Counted from the first letter of the stretch, positions 1-11,292 are shown. The stretch: DNA of 64,000 nt from an uncultured Gemmatimonadales bacterium (GCA_963701965.1 OY969695.1:4768001-4832000), one strand, 5' to 3'. Notes: generated by a model from the sequence alone, not told the origin. Made by a program: numbers and translations.

Positions 1-1641
1 CGGCATGAACCGCTGGTGCACGGTGAGCCGCCCATACCAATTCGGATGCTGGGCGTCGCCCGTCCAGCAGTGCTCGTACCGGTCGCCGTAAACGACCGTC
101 GCATTGGCCGCTGGACTTTTCGCGCTGTCGAGGAAGGCTTGCAGGTAGGACACGGCGTTATTCAGATAGCCGTTGTCCATCGTGCCGATGTAGACATGGA
201 GCTTGCCGGTGAGCTTGGGACCGAGCGTGCCCCAGTCCCGCTCCAGGATGTACCGGAGATCGTAGTGGTCCCGCCAATACGTCGCGACGTCCGGGTCGAT
301 CGCGCCGGTCCGCTTGTCGTACAGCGGCTGGTAGTAGCCATCGGCGCCGACGGGCCCGAAGACCGCGGGCCAGATGTCCTGCTGCCCGCCGGATCGCCCG
401 TGGGTGCCGAGGACCAATTCCACGAAGTTCCGGTCCTCGAAAGTCGAGTAGAGATGATCCCGGAAATCCCGATAGCCGGGCCGCGGCGTCTGCTTCCACG
501 GGTTGTCGTCGTAGTAGTACGCGTTCTTGTCGTGATAGATATCGACCGACCGGTAGGCCCGGAAATCCACCGGGTCGGGGCAGAGGCCCCAGGCGCCGTT
601 GTACTGGTCGGGATAGAAAATCTGCACGCCCAGTGCTTCCCAGCCGCCCGTCGAACCGCCAATGAGCGCGCGCGCCCATCCCTGACCGATGCCCCGGTAC
701 TGCTTCTCGATGTACGGGAGGAGATCGTTCGTGATCGCGTCGCCGTAGGGTCCCACATTCGCGGAGTTGACCGCGTAGGAATCGTCGAAGTACGGGTTGG
801 CGTGATTCACCTCGACGTGGATCATCCGGGGGAAATGCGGGCCATTCCACGCCTGGTAGAACGCGTAGGCCAGCTCTTGCTCGGTCCGCTGCTGGCCCGT
901 CGCGTTGGCGTCCGGCGGCGTTTCGCGCCATCCGTCGGCCGCCATGTCCTTGAGAAAGTGGCCGTGATGCACGAGGACCGGGTAGTGGGCGTTGGGATGC
1001 GTGTCCCAACCCGCCGGCAACAGCACGATGGCGTTCAAGGACATCGGCCGGCCCCAGAACTTCGACAAGCGGTCATTGGGGACCGTGATGTACTTGACCA
1101 GCTTCGTGTCCTTGGGCGGCACGACCGGCGGCACCACCTGATCCATCACGATGCTGATCACGTCGGGCCGCGACGGATCGACGTGCATCTTCACGGGCTT
1201 GCTGTACAGGTTCCCGGGCTTGTTCGCCCAGCGCTGGCCCTCGCCTTGGTCGGGAGGCATCGAGATCGTGTGGCCATCGGATCGCTGGAACGTCTCGTAG
1301 CGATTGAACAGCGCCTGCACCCAGTAGTCCCCAACCGGCACGCTGGCCAAGTGGCGCGCCGGAAACCCGAACGCGGTCGAATCGATGATCGCGGCCTGTC
1401 CCGGCGCCAGACGGTCGACGTCGACGCCGAAGATCGGCCGCGTCGTGTTGGCCCGGTACTGGTCGGCCTGAAACCGCGGCTCGGTGCGCGGATCGTCCGA
1501 TATGAACAGCAGCACCCGGCCACTGAGCGGCTGCGCGTTCGCGGCGGAGGGGAAGGAGAGCGCGAAGCGCAGGGGCGCGCTCCCGCGCGAACAGGCACTG
1601 AGCACTCCGGCGCTCACGACGAGGAGCACGGCTCGTTTCAC
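1..1641 (-). CDS. Putative lipoprotein esterase (alpha/beta hydrolase, enterochelin-esterase-like); 3' end runs off the window
   Basis: Manual translation: GTG start, MKRAVLLVVSAGVLSAC lipobox, ALIGGSTGGWE nucleophile-elbow motif, RLTVHQRFMP at the window edge; not in the ORF track because no stop lies in the window. Confidence 0.75.
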   Translation of the reverse strand, partial: MKRAVLLVVSAGVLSACSRGSAPLRFALSFPSAANAQPLSGRVLLFISDDPRTEPRFQADQYRANTTRPIFGVDVDRLAPGQAAIIDSTAFGFPARHLASVPVGDYWVQALFNRYETFQRSDGHTISMPPDQGEGQRWANKPGNLYSKPVKMHVDPSRPDVISIVMDQVVPPVVPPKDTKLVKYITVPNDRLSKFWGRPMSLNAIVLLPAGWDTHPNAHYPVLVHHGHFLKDMAADGWRETPPDANATGQQRTEQELAYAFYQAWNGPHFPRMIHVEVNHANPYFDDSYAVNSANVGPYGDAITNDLLPYIEKQYRGIGQGWARALIGGSTGGWEALGVQIFYPDQYNGAWGLCPDPVDFRAYRSVDIYHDKNAYYYDDNPWKQTPRPGYRDFRDHLYSTFEDRNFVELVLGTHGRSGGQQDIWPAVFGPVGADGYYQPLYDKRTGAIDPDVATYWRDHYDLRYILERDWGTLGPKLTGKLHVYIGTMDNGYLNNAVSYLQAFLDSAKSPAANATVVYGDRYEHCWTGDAQHPNWYGRLTVHQRFMP

Positions 1642-1669
1642 TTCGACTCCAGTGTTAAGTTGCCGCGCC

Positions 1670-2881
1670 ATGACCACGGCCCCGGTGAAGGGACAACGCG
1701 CGGCGGTGTTGGCGAGCTACCTCGGATGGACGCTCGACGCGTTCGACTTCTTTCTCGTCGTGCTGTCGCTGACCGCGATCGCTGCCGAGTTTCATCGGTC
1801 CGACAAAGAGATCACGTATTCCCTGTTCCTGACGTTGGCGTGCCGGCCGATCGGCGCGATCGTATTCGGCCTCATGGCGGACCGCTATGGTCGCCGCCTG
1901 CCGCTCATGATCAATCTCGTGTTCTTCTCGCTGATCGAGGTGCTGTCCGGCCTGGCGCCGAGTTACCGCACGTTCCTCGTGTTGCGCGCGCTGTTCGGCA
2001 TCGGTATGGGCGGCGAGTGGGGGGTCGGCGCGGCGCTGGCGATGGAAAAAGCCACCCCGCGGCATCGCGGGCTGCTCTCGGCCCTGCTGCAGGAAGGGTA
2101 CGCCACGGGGTATCTGCTCGCGGCGCTCTGCTACTTCGTCGTGTTTCCGCGGTGGGGCTGGCGGCCGTTGTTCTTCATCGGCGGGCTTCCGGCCTTGCTC
2201 GCGATCTACGTACGCTTTCGCGTGACCGAATCCGAGGTCTGGGAACGCACCCGTCACGCCGACTGGCGCAGCTTGTTTCGCAACATCACCGGCCAGTGGC
2301 GGACGTTCCTCATGCTCGCCATCCTGCTCATGGCCATGAATCTCGTGTCGCACGGGACGCAGGATCTCTATCCCACCTTTCTCCAGCGGGACTTCGGGAT
2401 GGGCACCACATCCCGGGTGGCGCTGACGGCGCTGTCCATGGTGGGCGCGCTCATCGGCGGACTGGCCATTGGCGCGCTGTCCGATCATATCGGCCGTCGA
2501 CGCGCCATGCTGTTGGCCCTGGGCGGGGGGATCCTGATGATCCCGCTGTGGGCCTTCGCGCCGAATCTCGGACTCCTCGCGGCCGGCGCCTTTCTCATGC
2601 AATTCATGGTGCAGGGCGCCTGGGGGATCATCCCGGCGCACGTCACCGAGCTCTCGCCCGACGGCGTGCGGGGATTCATGCCGGGATTCGCGTACCAGTG
2701 CGGCGCCATGGGCTCGAGCTACGTGGGGCCATGGGAGGCCCAGCTCGCGCAGCACGTCGGCTACGCGCACGCCTTGGCGGTCACCGCCGTCGGGGTGTGT
2801 GCGCTGGCGATGATCATCGTGTGGCTGGGGGGCGAGCACCGTGGCGTGGTGTTCGGCGTCAGTTCCAGGGCATCCCCTTGA
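1670..2881 (+). CDS. MFS transporter (SHS/JEN-like carboxylate transporter)
   Basis: GWTLDAFDFF, ADRYGRR, GMGGEWGVG and SHGTQDLYPTFL motifs; many hydrophobic helices. Confidence 0.9.
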   Translation: MTTAPVKGQRAAVLASYLGWTLDAFDFFLVVLSLTAIAAEFHRSDKEITYSLFLTLACRPIGAIVFGLMADRYGRRLPLMINLVFFSLIEVLSGLAPSYRTFLVLRALFGIGMGGEWGVGAALAMEKATPRHRGLLSALLQEGYATGYLLAALCYFVVFPRWGWRPLFFIGGLPALLAIYVRFRVTESEVWERTRHADWRSLFRNITGQWRTFLMLAILLMAMNLVSHGTQDLYPTFLQRDFGMGTTSRVALTALSMVGALIGGLAIGALSDHIGRRRAMLLALGGGILMIPLWAFAPNLGLLAAGAFLMQFMVQGAWGIIPAHVTELSPDGVRGFMPGFAYQCGAMGSSYVGPWEAQLAQHVGYAHALAVTAVGVCALAMIIVWLGGEHRGVVFGVSSRASP

Positions 2882-3834
2882 GCTGATCGAGGTTGACGTT
2901 CCCGCCGGAGAGGACGCAGACGACTTTGGCGCCGGCGGGTGCCGGAATCAGCCCCTTGCGGAGCGCGGCCACGGTGGCCGCGGCGGCCCCTTCCACTACC
3001 AGCTTGCAGTGCCCCATGATCCACCGCACGCCGTCGAAGATCTCCGCATCGGGCAGCGTGACGATGTCGTCAACGTAGCGGCGCACCACTTCCAGCGTTT
3101 GCGTGCCGACGCGCTTGACGCGGAGGCCGTCGATGATGCAGTCGACCTGGGGCAGGGTCACGACCTGCGACGCGCGCACGCTCTCCAACATCCCGGGCGC
3201 GCCCGATGACTCGACGCCGAAGATCTTCACCGCCGGCTTGCGCGACTTGGCCGCCATGGAGACGCCGGAGATCAGCCCGCCGCCGCCGATGGGCACGACG
3301 ATGATATCGACGTCCGGATGGTCATCCATGATCTCGTGGCCCAGCGTCCCTTGGCCGGCGATCAGGTCGAGGTCATCGAACGGATGGACGTAGGTGAGCC
3401 CCCGCTCGGCCACGAGCTGCTTGGCATGGTCGTTGGCTTCGTCCCAGATCGAGCCGTGTAGCACCACTTCCGCGCCGTATGCGCGCGTGGCCTCGATCTT
3501 CGAGGGGGTCGCATTCGTCGCCATCACCGACGACGGCGCGCACGCCGTAGATCGCGGCGGCCAGCGCGACGCCCTGCGCGTGGTTGCCCGCGGATGAGCA
3601 GATGACGCCGCGTTGACGCTCCTCCGCCGTCAGCTCGGCGAGCTTGTTGAGGGGCCCGCGCACCTTGTACGACCCCGTCCGCTGAAACACTTCGGCCTTG
3701 AGCCGCACGTCGAGCCCCGTCTCGCGGCTCAGGAGCCGCGACGTCAGCAACGGGGTGTGATAGGCGTGCGCCGACACGCGGCGGCGCGCCTCGGCCCATA
3801 CGGCGGGAGTGAGCGGAATACTGTGACGGGACAT
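2859..3834 (-). CDS. PLP-dependent threonine/serine dehydratase; single-base frameshift near 3530
   Basis: QRTGSYKVRG and SAGNHAQG in one frame; GQGT, PIGGGGL and LSGGN in the next; joined by removing one G. Confidence 0.85.
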
Positions 3835-3969
3835 CAAATCTCCTACGGTGCGGTGAGAACAGATGCGGAGGCTACCGCGCGGGCGCGACGGGCGCTTGAA
3901 TGCGGGCGCACTCGGTTTGAAGGGGGACGACCTATTGACGCGACATCCCTGGGCTTCTACGATAGCGGA

Positions 3970-4779
3970 GTGCTCCAACTAGCGCACGGCGAGTTTTGGG
4001 GACAGGGCTCGATCATCCGACAGACGGCCGATCTGCTGTTCTTCGAGACGTGCCACGCCCCGAATGTGCGGTTGCCCCGGCATGTGCACGAGCATCCGTA
4101 CTTCTGTTTCGTGGTCAGCGGATCGCTCACCGAAATCTCGCACGGTCACGCGCGCGCCTGCACGCCGGGCACCGTCATCTTCAATCCCGCGGACGCCGAG
4201 CATAGTGACGAGATCGGCGCGCGGGGCTGCCGGTGCTTCGCCGTCCAATTGGAGCCGGCATGGTCGGCCGGACGGTTCGACGCCAAGCGTTATCCGGAAT
4301 GGGTCACGGTGTCGGGTGGCACGGCGTCGTTCCTGGCCGCGCGCCTGCGCCGCGAGGCCCGGAGCTGGGAGCCGACATCGCCGCTCGTGATCGAGGGCAT
4401 CCTGCTGCTGCTGTCGGCGGAAGCCCTCCGTACCGATCGGCGTCACGGCGAGCGCCGGCAACCCGACTGGCTCACGCGCGCCGCCCAGCGACTCGATGTC
4501 GACTTTCGCTCCCCACCCAGTGTGCGCGATCTCGCGGTCAATGCCGGCGTGCACCCCGCCTACTTCGCGCGGTGTTTTCGCGCCTTCCTCGGTTGCGCGC
4601 CCGGGTCCTACGCCCGGACGCGCCGGCTCATGTGGGCGCGCGAGGAGCTGGGCCGCGGGCGCCCGTTCATCGAGATCGCGCTCGAGGCCGGGTTCGCCGA
4701 CCAGGCACACTTCACGCGCGAGTTCAAACGCGGCTTCGGGATCACGCCGTCGGAGTTTCGCCGCACCCTCGTCCGCTGA
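3970..4779 (+). CDS. AraC family transcriptional regulator
   Basis: Cupin-like HVHEHPY N-terminus; C-terminal IALEAGFADQAHFTREFKRGFGITP; start codon uncertain. Confidence 0.9.
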   Translation: MLQLAHGEFWGQGSIIRQTADLLFFETCHAPNVRLPRHVHEHPYFCFVVSGSLTEISHGHARACTPGTVIFNPADAEHSDEIGARGCRCFAVQLEPAWSAGRFDAKRYPEWVTVSGGTASFLAARLRREARSWEPTSPLVIEGILLLLSAEALRTDRRHGERRQPDWLTRAAQRLDVDFRSPPSVRDLAVNAGVHPAYFARCFRAFLGCAPGSYARTRRLMWAREELGRGRPFIEIALEAGFADQAHFTREFKRGFGITPSEFRRTLVR

Positions 4780-4836
4780 CCGGTCCCCCGGTACCCGGCT
4801 CCGGTCCCTGGATACCGGGTGCCGGTCCCCCGGTCC
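4780..4836. repeat. Degenerate heptamer tandem repeat (CCGGTCC-like)
   Basis: ccggtcc cccggta cccggct ccggtcc ctggata ccgggtg ccggtcc cccggtc immediately after the AraC stop codon. Confidence 0.55.
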
Positions 4837-5929
4837 ATAGCTCTCAAGGCGGCGATATATATAGTCCAGCGCGTGGCAGCCTGGACCGGAACTGTCGTGG
4901 ACGACGAGAGGGCGGTGACAGCCGCCCTTTCGCGTGCCCCGGAAATCGAAGGGGACAACGGGGCCACCACGGACCCACGCCTCCGGCCCGCCTATCTCTG
5001 GCTCCGCTCGCCGCGCCCCACCCTCGCGCCACTCGCCGTGCTGGTCCGCGACGATCGCCAACGCCTCGCCGGCGTGGTCTTCGCGCGGGAGGAGTGCACG
5101 CGGGGATTTCGCGCGGGCCTGCTCAAGCTGGGTGACGCGAGCGGGGATAATCTCGTGCTGGCCCGTCCCGGTGCGGCCGCCGAGGTCGTTCGAGTCGCGC
5201 TCAACCGCCTGGTCGCCTTGCGCCGCGTACACAGCTTCGTGATCAACGTGCGATCCGATGCATCGGGTCTGGCCGGCGTTGTCGCCGCGCTGCCCAATGC
5301 CCGCATTGCCTGGGGCTCCTATACCAGCCGCAGTCGCATGCCGCTGCCCGCGACGCTCGAGGATCTGGTGCTGCGGTTCGTGCGGCACAGCCGCCGGAAT
5401 CTGCGCGTCTACCCGGCCCGCGCCGAACGCGCCGGCATCCAATTTCGGTCCGCGCTCGACGCGGCGACGTTCCTCGCGGCGTTCGAGTCCGTGCGCCAGC
5501 AGTGCGATTATTGGAACGGATTCGATCCCAACGCCATGCTGGACGGTCAACCCGAAGCCCTGCGGGCCGGCTTGGTGTCGGCGGCCGGCGAGTGGCTGGG
5601 CGTCGTGGCCGGCTGGCGATACGGTGACCGCGCGTTCGTGGCCGTACAGCTCAATCACCGGGGATATCGCGATGCGTCCCTGTCGATCGTGCAGCGTGTG
5701 CGTCTGATCGAGCATTCTGATCGCGGGCGGCGTGCGCGAGCTGGTGTTCATGGGCGACTGCGCGGGACGCATGCGCTCCGGCTGCCTCGCCGAGCGGGTG
5801 ACCCGCGCGGTGGTGGAGCTGCGCACGCCGGCGACGACGTTGGTCAAACACGTCGTGCATAGCCTCAGGCCGGCGCTGGGCAAGCGGCTCTGGCCCGGCC
5901 TGGGGATCGATCACACCATGCTGTACTAG
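4819..5929 (+). CDS. Hypothetical protein, possibly GNAT (CelD/BcsL-like) fold; frameshift near 5716
   Basis: HSRRNLRVY and YRDASLSIVQRVRLIE, continuing in the next frame as LIA..RELVFMGDC; start uncertain. Confidence 0.5.
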
Positions 5930-6113
5930 GTCGGCCGCCGCGGTCGCCAGGCAGCCAGCTCAATTACTTTCGCAACACGACGCTTGATGTGCTTGTGGCG
6001 CAGTGTGTTGACGCGCTGATCTCGAGTTATTTCGAGCCGAAGCAGGCGCGGGTGTCGTGGCGCGCTCGGGAGCAGCACCAGGCCGCGCCGGCCCTCGTCG
6101 AGTGTGTCCACGC

Positions 6114-6518
6114 TCAGCGTCTCGTGACCTGGCGCAGGAGGCGCCGCGTGTCGACGCGGCGCAGCCAGGCGAGGGCGATCAGGCCCCCGCAGCACAGCAC
6201 GGCCGGAGCGGTCGGTTGGGTCGGCACAATGACGGTCGTGTAGATCGCACCGAACATCACCGGGATGAGCGCCAGGGCGGCGAGGCCGCTCAGAGCGGGC
6301 GTGAACAGCAAGAGCCCGCAGGAGATCTCGACGGCGCCGATCGCGTAGCGCAACCACTCGCCGACGCCGATGGCTCGGAACAGGGTCACGAACGCCGCGT
6401 TGCCGGTCAGCTTCCCGAGACCGGCCATGACGTAGACCATTCCGAGACCGATCTGCAGAATCCACACAACGATCGGTGTGGTGGCGGACGTCGATTCGCG
6501 GGGTTGGGCAAGAGCCAT
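6114..6518 (-). CDS. DoxX family membrane protein
   Basis: WILQIGLG..AGLGKL and WLRYAIGAVEISCGLLL patterns. Confidence 0.8.
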   Translation of the reverse strand: MALAQPRESTSATTPIVVWILQIGLGMVYVMAGLGKLTGNAAFVTLFRAIGVGEWLRYAIGAVEISCGLLLFTPALSGLAALALIPVMFGAIYTTVIVPTQPTAPAVLCCGGLIALAWLRRVDTRRLLRQVTRR

Positions 6519-6673
6519 CGCTAGCGGGCTGAACAGGGGAATGGCACGGAGTGCGAGTACTGAGCGGTCTCCTGGCGAACGTAGGGAGAGCCTGATGCCC
6601 CGGCGACAGGCGTTGGGCAAACGACATCTGGCGCGGGGTGAACGACGCCTGCCGGTGCCTAGATTTCCGCCGC

Positions 6674-7816
6674 ATGAAAAGTCCCGCGCTCCGATTCGTT
6701 CTCCTGCTCGGCGTCGTGAGCTTGTTCGGCGACATGACGTACGAAGGGGCGCGCAGTGTGACCGGTCCGTTCCTCGGGGCTTTCGGCGTGAGCGCCGTCA
6801 TCGTCGGAACGGTCGCCGGCGCGGGAGAGTTGGTCGGCTACGCGCTGCGGTTGGCCTCGGGACTCTTCGCCGACCGGACGCATCGCTTCTGGTCGACGAC
6901 GATCGTCGGATACGCGATCAACCTCTTCTCCGTGCCGCTCCTGGCACTGGCGCACCAGTGGCAAATTGCCGCCGTCCTCATCGTGCTGGAACGCAGCGGA
7001 CGCGCCATCCGGAAGCCGCCGGTGGACGCGATGCTCTCGCACGCGGCCAGCAGCATGGGGCAGGGATGGGCCTTCGGCCTGCGCGAGGCGCTCGACCAGA
7101 CGGGGGCCGTCCTCGGTCCGCTCACCGTGGCCTGGGTTCTGGCGCGGCACCTGGGCTATCCCGTCGCCTACGCGGTTCTCGCGGTCCCCGCGGCGCTTTC
7201 GTTTCTGTTCCTGTTGTTCGCCGCGCGGGCCTACCCGCGCCCGCGCGATCTCGAAGTGTCCGTGCCCGCCGCGATCGACGCCGTGGGTATCCCGCGGCGA
7301 TTCTGGCTGTACGTGGCGGCCGGCGCGTGCGTGGCCGCGGGGACGGTCGATTTTCCGCTCGCCGCCTACCATCTCGCGCGCCACTCGATCGTGCCCGTGG
7401 CGACGGTGCCGATGCTGTACGCACTGGCGATGGGAGCCGCGGCGATCTCGGCGCCTCTCGTCGGCTGGTTGATGGATCGGCGCGGCATGCCGGTGCTCGT
7501 GGCTACGGTGGCCGTGACCGCGGCCGCCGCGCCGTTGTTGTTCCTGACGGGCGCGGCCGGTGTCGTGCTCGGCGCCGGCGTATGGGGTGTCAGCACGGCG
7601 CTCCAGGATGCCACGGTTCGCGCCATGCTGGCGCGGATCGTGCCGCCGGATCGTCGCGCCAGCGCGTACGGTATGTTCGACGGGATCTTTGGTGTCGCCT
7701 GGTTCGCGGGGAGCGCGGCAATGGGCGCGCTGTATGGATGGGCTCCGCTGGCGCTGGTGCTGGTGTCGGTTGGCCTTCAACTCATCAGCATTCCCCTGTT
7801 TCTCTTGGCGGCATGA
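6674..7816 (+). CDS. MFS transporter
   Basis: GVVSLFGDMTYEGARS, ERSGRAIRKP and EALDQTGA motifs. Confidence 0.9.
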   Translation: MKSPALRFVLLLGVVSLFGDMTYEGARSVTGPFLGAFGVSAVIVGTVAGAGELVGYALRLASGLFADRTHRFWSTTIVGYAINLFSVPLLALAHQWQIAAVLIVLERSGRAIRKPPVDAMLSHAASSMGQGWAFGLREALDQTGAVLGPLTVAWVLARHLGYPVAYAVLAVPAALSFLFLLFAARAYPRPRDLEVSVPAAIDAVGIPRRFWLYVAAGACVAAGTVDFPLAAYHLARHSIVPVATVPMLYALAMGAAAISAPLVGWLMDRRGMPVLVATVAVTAAAAPLLFLTGAAGVVLGAGVWGVSTALQDATVRAMLARIVPPDRRASAYGMFDGIFGVAWFAGSAAMGALYGWAPLALVLVSVGLQLISIPLFLLAA

Positions 7817-8712
7817 GAATTCTCATCATCGGTGCGACCGGGTACGTCGGGTCGGCGGCCAGCGCGGCTCTCCGGCGGCGCGGGCACGAAGTCATCGGCA
7901 CGGCGCGCACCCCCGAGGCGGCCGTCGCGCTCGAGTCGCGCGGCGATCTCGCCGTGGCGGGCGATGTCCAACACCCGCGCGCGCTGGCGGACATCGCCGG
8001 CTCCGCCGACGGGGTGATTTATGCCGTGCAATTGAGCGGCGCCGGGCCCGATGCCGCGTTCGCGACCGAACGGGATGCGCTGTCGGCGATCCTCGAGGCC
8101 TTGGCGGACTCCGACACGCCGTTCGTGTACACCAGCGGCGTGTGGTACTACGGCGCCACCAATGGCGCCGTCGCCGACGAAGACACGCCCCCCAATCCAC
8201 CCGCGCTGGTCGCCCGGCGCCCGGAGCTGGAGCGCCTCGTGTTGGCCGGGGCGGACCGCGGCGTGCGCACGATCGTGCTCCGACCGGGTGTCGTCTACGG
8301 TCTGGGCCGTGGGTTGCCGGCACTGTTCTCCAAATCGGCGCGGAAGGATGGCGCAGCGCGCTACATCGGCGACGGCGCCTACGTCTGGCCGGTCGTGCAC
8401 GTGGATGATCTGGGCGGGCTCTTCGCGCTGGCGATCGAGGAAGGCGAGCCGCGGCACGTCTTCAACGCCTCCGACGGATCGGCCTTTCGCGTCCGCGACA
8501 TGGCCGAGGCGGCCAGTCGTGGCGCCGGCCAGGGAGGACGCACGGTGAGTTGGCCGATCGACGAGGCGCGGCGCACGCTCGGCCCCCTGGTGGATGCCCT
8601 GGTGCTCGATCAGCGCATCTCATCGGATCGCGCCCGCACGTTGCTGGGATGGCGGACGCGCGCATCGACCATTCTCGACGATCTGGAGCGCGGATCGTAC
8701 GCAGACGCGTGA
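7813..8712 (+). CDS. NAD-dependent epimerase/dehydratase family protein
   Basis: IIGATGYVG Rossmann motif, YTSGVW, VHVDDL; ATGA overlap with the upstream gene. Confidence 0.9.
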   Translation: MRILIIGATGYVGSAASAALRRRGHEVIGTARTPEAAVALESRGDLAVAGDVQHPRALADIAGSADGVIYAVQLSGAGPDAAFATERDALSAILEALADSDTPFVYTSGVWYYGATNGAVADEDTPPNPPALVARRPELERLVLAGADRGVRTIVLRPGVVYGLGRGLPALFSKSARKDGAARYIGDGAYVWPVVHVDDLGGLFALAIEEGEPRHVFNASDGSAFRVRDMAEAASRGAGQGGRTVSWPIDEARRTLGPLVDALVLDQRISSDRARTLLGWRTRASTILDDLERGSYADA

Positions 8713-11285
8713 GAGGCGCCCTGGGGGGGTGGGTCCTCATCCTCGCGGTGGCGGCGCCCGCCTGGGGTCAAGCCGTCCCCATTCCCGATAGCGTGGCCGA
8801 ATCGCCCGTCGTCAACGGCACGACCAAGCCGGTGCCGATTCTCGACAGCGCGACCGTCACGCCGGGACCTGGTTATCACGCCGGGTGGTTCACGCGGTTC
8901 CTCGTGGGCTCCGGATACCGGGACCTGTGGACCACGCCGGTGCGCGTGCCCGTGATCGATCTCGATCGCTTCGCCGGGGGCGTCACAGTGCTCAAGCGGG
9001 GCGCGACCGGTGGGCAGACGTGGTCGCTGCACGTGCGCGGCGCGGACGGCAACGAGTACACCCTGCGGTCCGTCGACAAGCACGTGAAGTTGAATCCCGA
9101 GGTCGGCTCCGGGACCGTCGCCTGGTTGCTCCGCGATCAGATCAGCGCGGGGTTGGCGACGGGTGCCCTCATCGTCGCGCCGCTGTTGCGCGCGGCGCAG
9201 GTGCCGCACGTGGAGCCGACGCTCGTCGTCCTGCCGGACAGTCCGCGGCTCGGCGAGTACCGCCGGCAGTTCGCCGGCCTCCTGGTGTGGGTCGAGGCGC
9301 GGCCGCGCGACAACGTGGTCCGCACCGACCGGGTCATGCGCGAGATCTCGGGCAAGGTCACCGAGCGGTTCGACAGCCGCGCGTATCTGCGCGCGCGCCT
9401 GATGGACATCGTCGTCGGGGATTGGGATCGCGGGCGACTGCAATGGTGGTACCAGCGATCGGGGCCCAAGCGTGATCATCTCTGGACGCCCATCCCGCAT
9501 GATCGGGATTGGGCATTCGCGAATCATGACGGGTTGCTGTACGATCTGATCCGGCCGAACGTGCCGTGGTTCGTCACCTACAAGCCGAAGTATCCCGCTC
9601 TCCTCGGTCTCGAGGCGCAGGCGTGGGGTGAGGACCGGCGATACTTGCAAGATCTGGAGAAGCCGGCGTGGGACTCGGTGGCGCAGGCGCTGCACGCCGC
9701 GCTGACGGACTCCGTGATCGACGACGCGGTGGCGCACCTTCCGCCGGCGCAACAGCAATTGTTCGGCGAGCGACTCCGGCAGGCGTTGCGGGGGCGGCGG
9801 GATGCGATTCCGTCGATGGCGAGCTCGTTCTATCACACGGTCGCCGGGCAAGCGGACGTCCATCTGGTGAAGGTGCCGTCGATCGTCGACATCCGCCGGT
9901 GGTCGGACACGGTGGAGATTCGCGCTCGGACGCGGGACGATGCGACGGTGTACTACACGCGGCGGTTCGCACGGGTGGAGTCGCGAGAGGTGCGGCTGTA
10001 CCTCGATGGGGGGCCGGACAGCGTCACCATGAGCGGTAGTGGCGACGGCATCATGGTGCGCTTGATCGCCGGGGCTGACGGCAATGTGCTGGTGGAGCAT
10101 CGGGAGCCGGCGTCGGGTCCCACGCGAGTCTATGATGGCGGGCATCCTCTGCGGGTGCTGGCCGGCGAGCCGGCGGTTGATTCGCGGTCGTACGAGACGC
10201 CGAAGTTGCCGGCCGACGTGCTGGAGCCCGAGCGGCAGCCGGTCGCCTACTTGCTCCGCGACGCGGGGTCGAATTGTGTCCCGGTGTCGACCGGGCAGAT
10301 CAGCTCAGTGGCGGGCGTCAGTGTCGAGACGGGGTACACCTGCGACGCCTATGGCTTTCGGCGGATTCCCTTCGCGATCGAGCAGACGGCCACGGTTGGC
10401 TACACGTTCGGGCCCGCGGGGATCATCGGACATTACACCGGCACATTGCGGGCGACCGGTGGCTCGCCGCTGTGGAGCCTCAGGGCCTTCGGCACGTCGG
10501 CAGAGTACACGTGGTTTTACGGCATAGGCAACAACACGCCGCGGACGCTCGACGACAATGACCATCGGGCGCGCCAATCGCATTTCGAGCTGGCGCCATC
10601 GGTTTCCTTCCTTCCCACCGATCATCTGACGCTTACGGTCGGACCGGAGCTCCGCTACTGGGACACGGAGCGATCCCCGCTGTTCTTCGCTCAGACGGTG
10701 CCGTATGGGAGCGGGCCGTTTGGCACGCTGAGCGCGGCGGGAAGCGTGGTGTACGACTCGCGCAGTATCACGGTGGTGGACAGCGCGGGATTCCGTGTGG
10801 CCCTTTCGGGTCGCGGCGTTCCCGCGTGGTGGAATGCGGATCACGCCTACGCGACCGGGCACGCGGAGGCCGCGGGGTTCGTCATCCTCGGGACGATCCC
10901 GACCACTCCAACGCTGGTCGGGCGCCTCGGCGCTGACAAGGTCTGGGGGACGGCGCCGTTTCAGGACCTGGCAAGCATTGGTAGTCCGAACGTCCGCGGG
11001 TTCTTTCCTGGCCGCTTCACGGGGCAAGCGGCGGTGTATCAGCAGTCTCAGATCCTCTTCACGCTGGCGCATGCGACCATCGTCGCGCCCGCCAATCTCG
11101 GCGTCCTGGCGCTCAACAATGTGGGGCGCGCGTTCGCCTCCGGCGAGCACTCGACGCAGTGGCATGATGCCTACGGCGGCGGACTCTGGGGGTCGTTTCT
11201 GGGGCGGCGCTACTTGATCACGCTGACGATCGCCCACAGTCCGGAGCGGAACGTCATCTCCGCGGGGTTCGGGATCGGCTGGTGA
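8709..11285 (+). CDS. Outer-membrane protein with C-terminal BamA/TamA-like beta-barrel
   Basis: Signal peptide; GGQTWSL, LRSVDK, LRARLMD..GDWDR and PHDRD N-terminal domain; VRGF motif; ends GFGIGW. Confidence 0.75.
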   Translation: MRGALGGWVLILAVAAPAWGQAVPIPDSVAESPVVNGTTKPVPILDSATVTPGPGYHAGWFTRFLVGSGYRDLWTTPVRVPVIDLDRFAGGVTVLKRGATGGQTWSLHVRGADGNEYTLRSVDKHVKLNPEVGSGTVAWLLRDQISAGLATGALIVAPLLRAAQVPHVEPTLVVLPDSPRLGEYRRQFAGLLVWVEARPRDNVVRTDRVMREISGKVTERFDSRAYLRARLMDIVVGDWDRGRLQWWYQRSGPKRDHLWTPIPHDRDWAFANHDGLLYDLIRPNVPWFVTYKPKYPALLGLEAQAWGEDRRYLQDLEKPAWDSVAQALHAALTDSVIDDAVAHLPPAQQQLFGERLRQALRGRRDAIPSMASSFYHTVAGQADVHLVKVPSIVDIRRWSDTVEIRARTRDDATVYYTRRFARVESREVRLYLDGGPDSVTMSGSGDGIMVRLIAGADGNVLVEHREPASGPTRVYDGGHPLRVLAGEPAVDSRSYETPKLPADVLEPERQPVAYLLRDAGSNCVPVSTGQISSVAGVSVETGYTCDAYGFRRIPFAIEQTATVGYTFGPAGIIGHYTGTLRATGGSPLWSLRAFGTSAEYTWFYGIGNNTPRTLDDNDHRARQSHFELAPSVSFLPTDHLTLTVGPELRYWDTERSPLFFAQTVPYGSGPFGTLSAAGSVVYDSRSITVVDSAGFRVALSGRGVPAWWNADHAYATGHAEAAGFVILGTIPTTPTLVGRLGADKVWGTAPFQDLASIGSPNVRGFFPGRFTGQAAVYQQSQILFTLAHATIVAPANLGVLALNNVGRAFASGEHSTQWHDAYGGGLWGSFLGRRYLITLTIAHSPERNVISAGFGIGW

Positions 11286-11292
11286 GCAGCTT

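Noticed and set aside
16..2886. 956-aa plus-strand ORF, and similar long ORFs such as 3979-5883, 43769-44797, 45202-46680 and 55974-58742
   Set aside because: Antisense or off-frame shadows of real genes in high-GC DNA; no recognisable motifs
4780..4836. Mini CRISPR array
   Set aside because: Degenerate 7-mer units with no unique spacers and no cas genes; no CRISPR array was seen anywhere in the window
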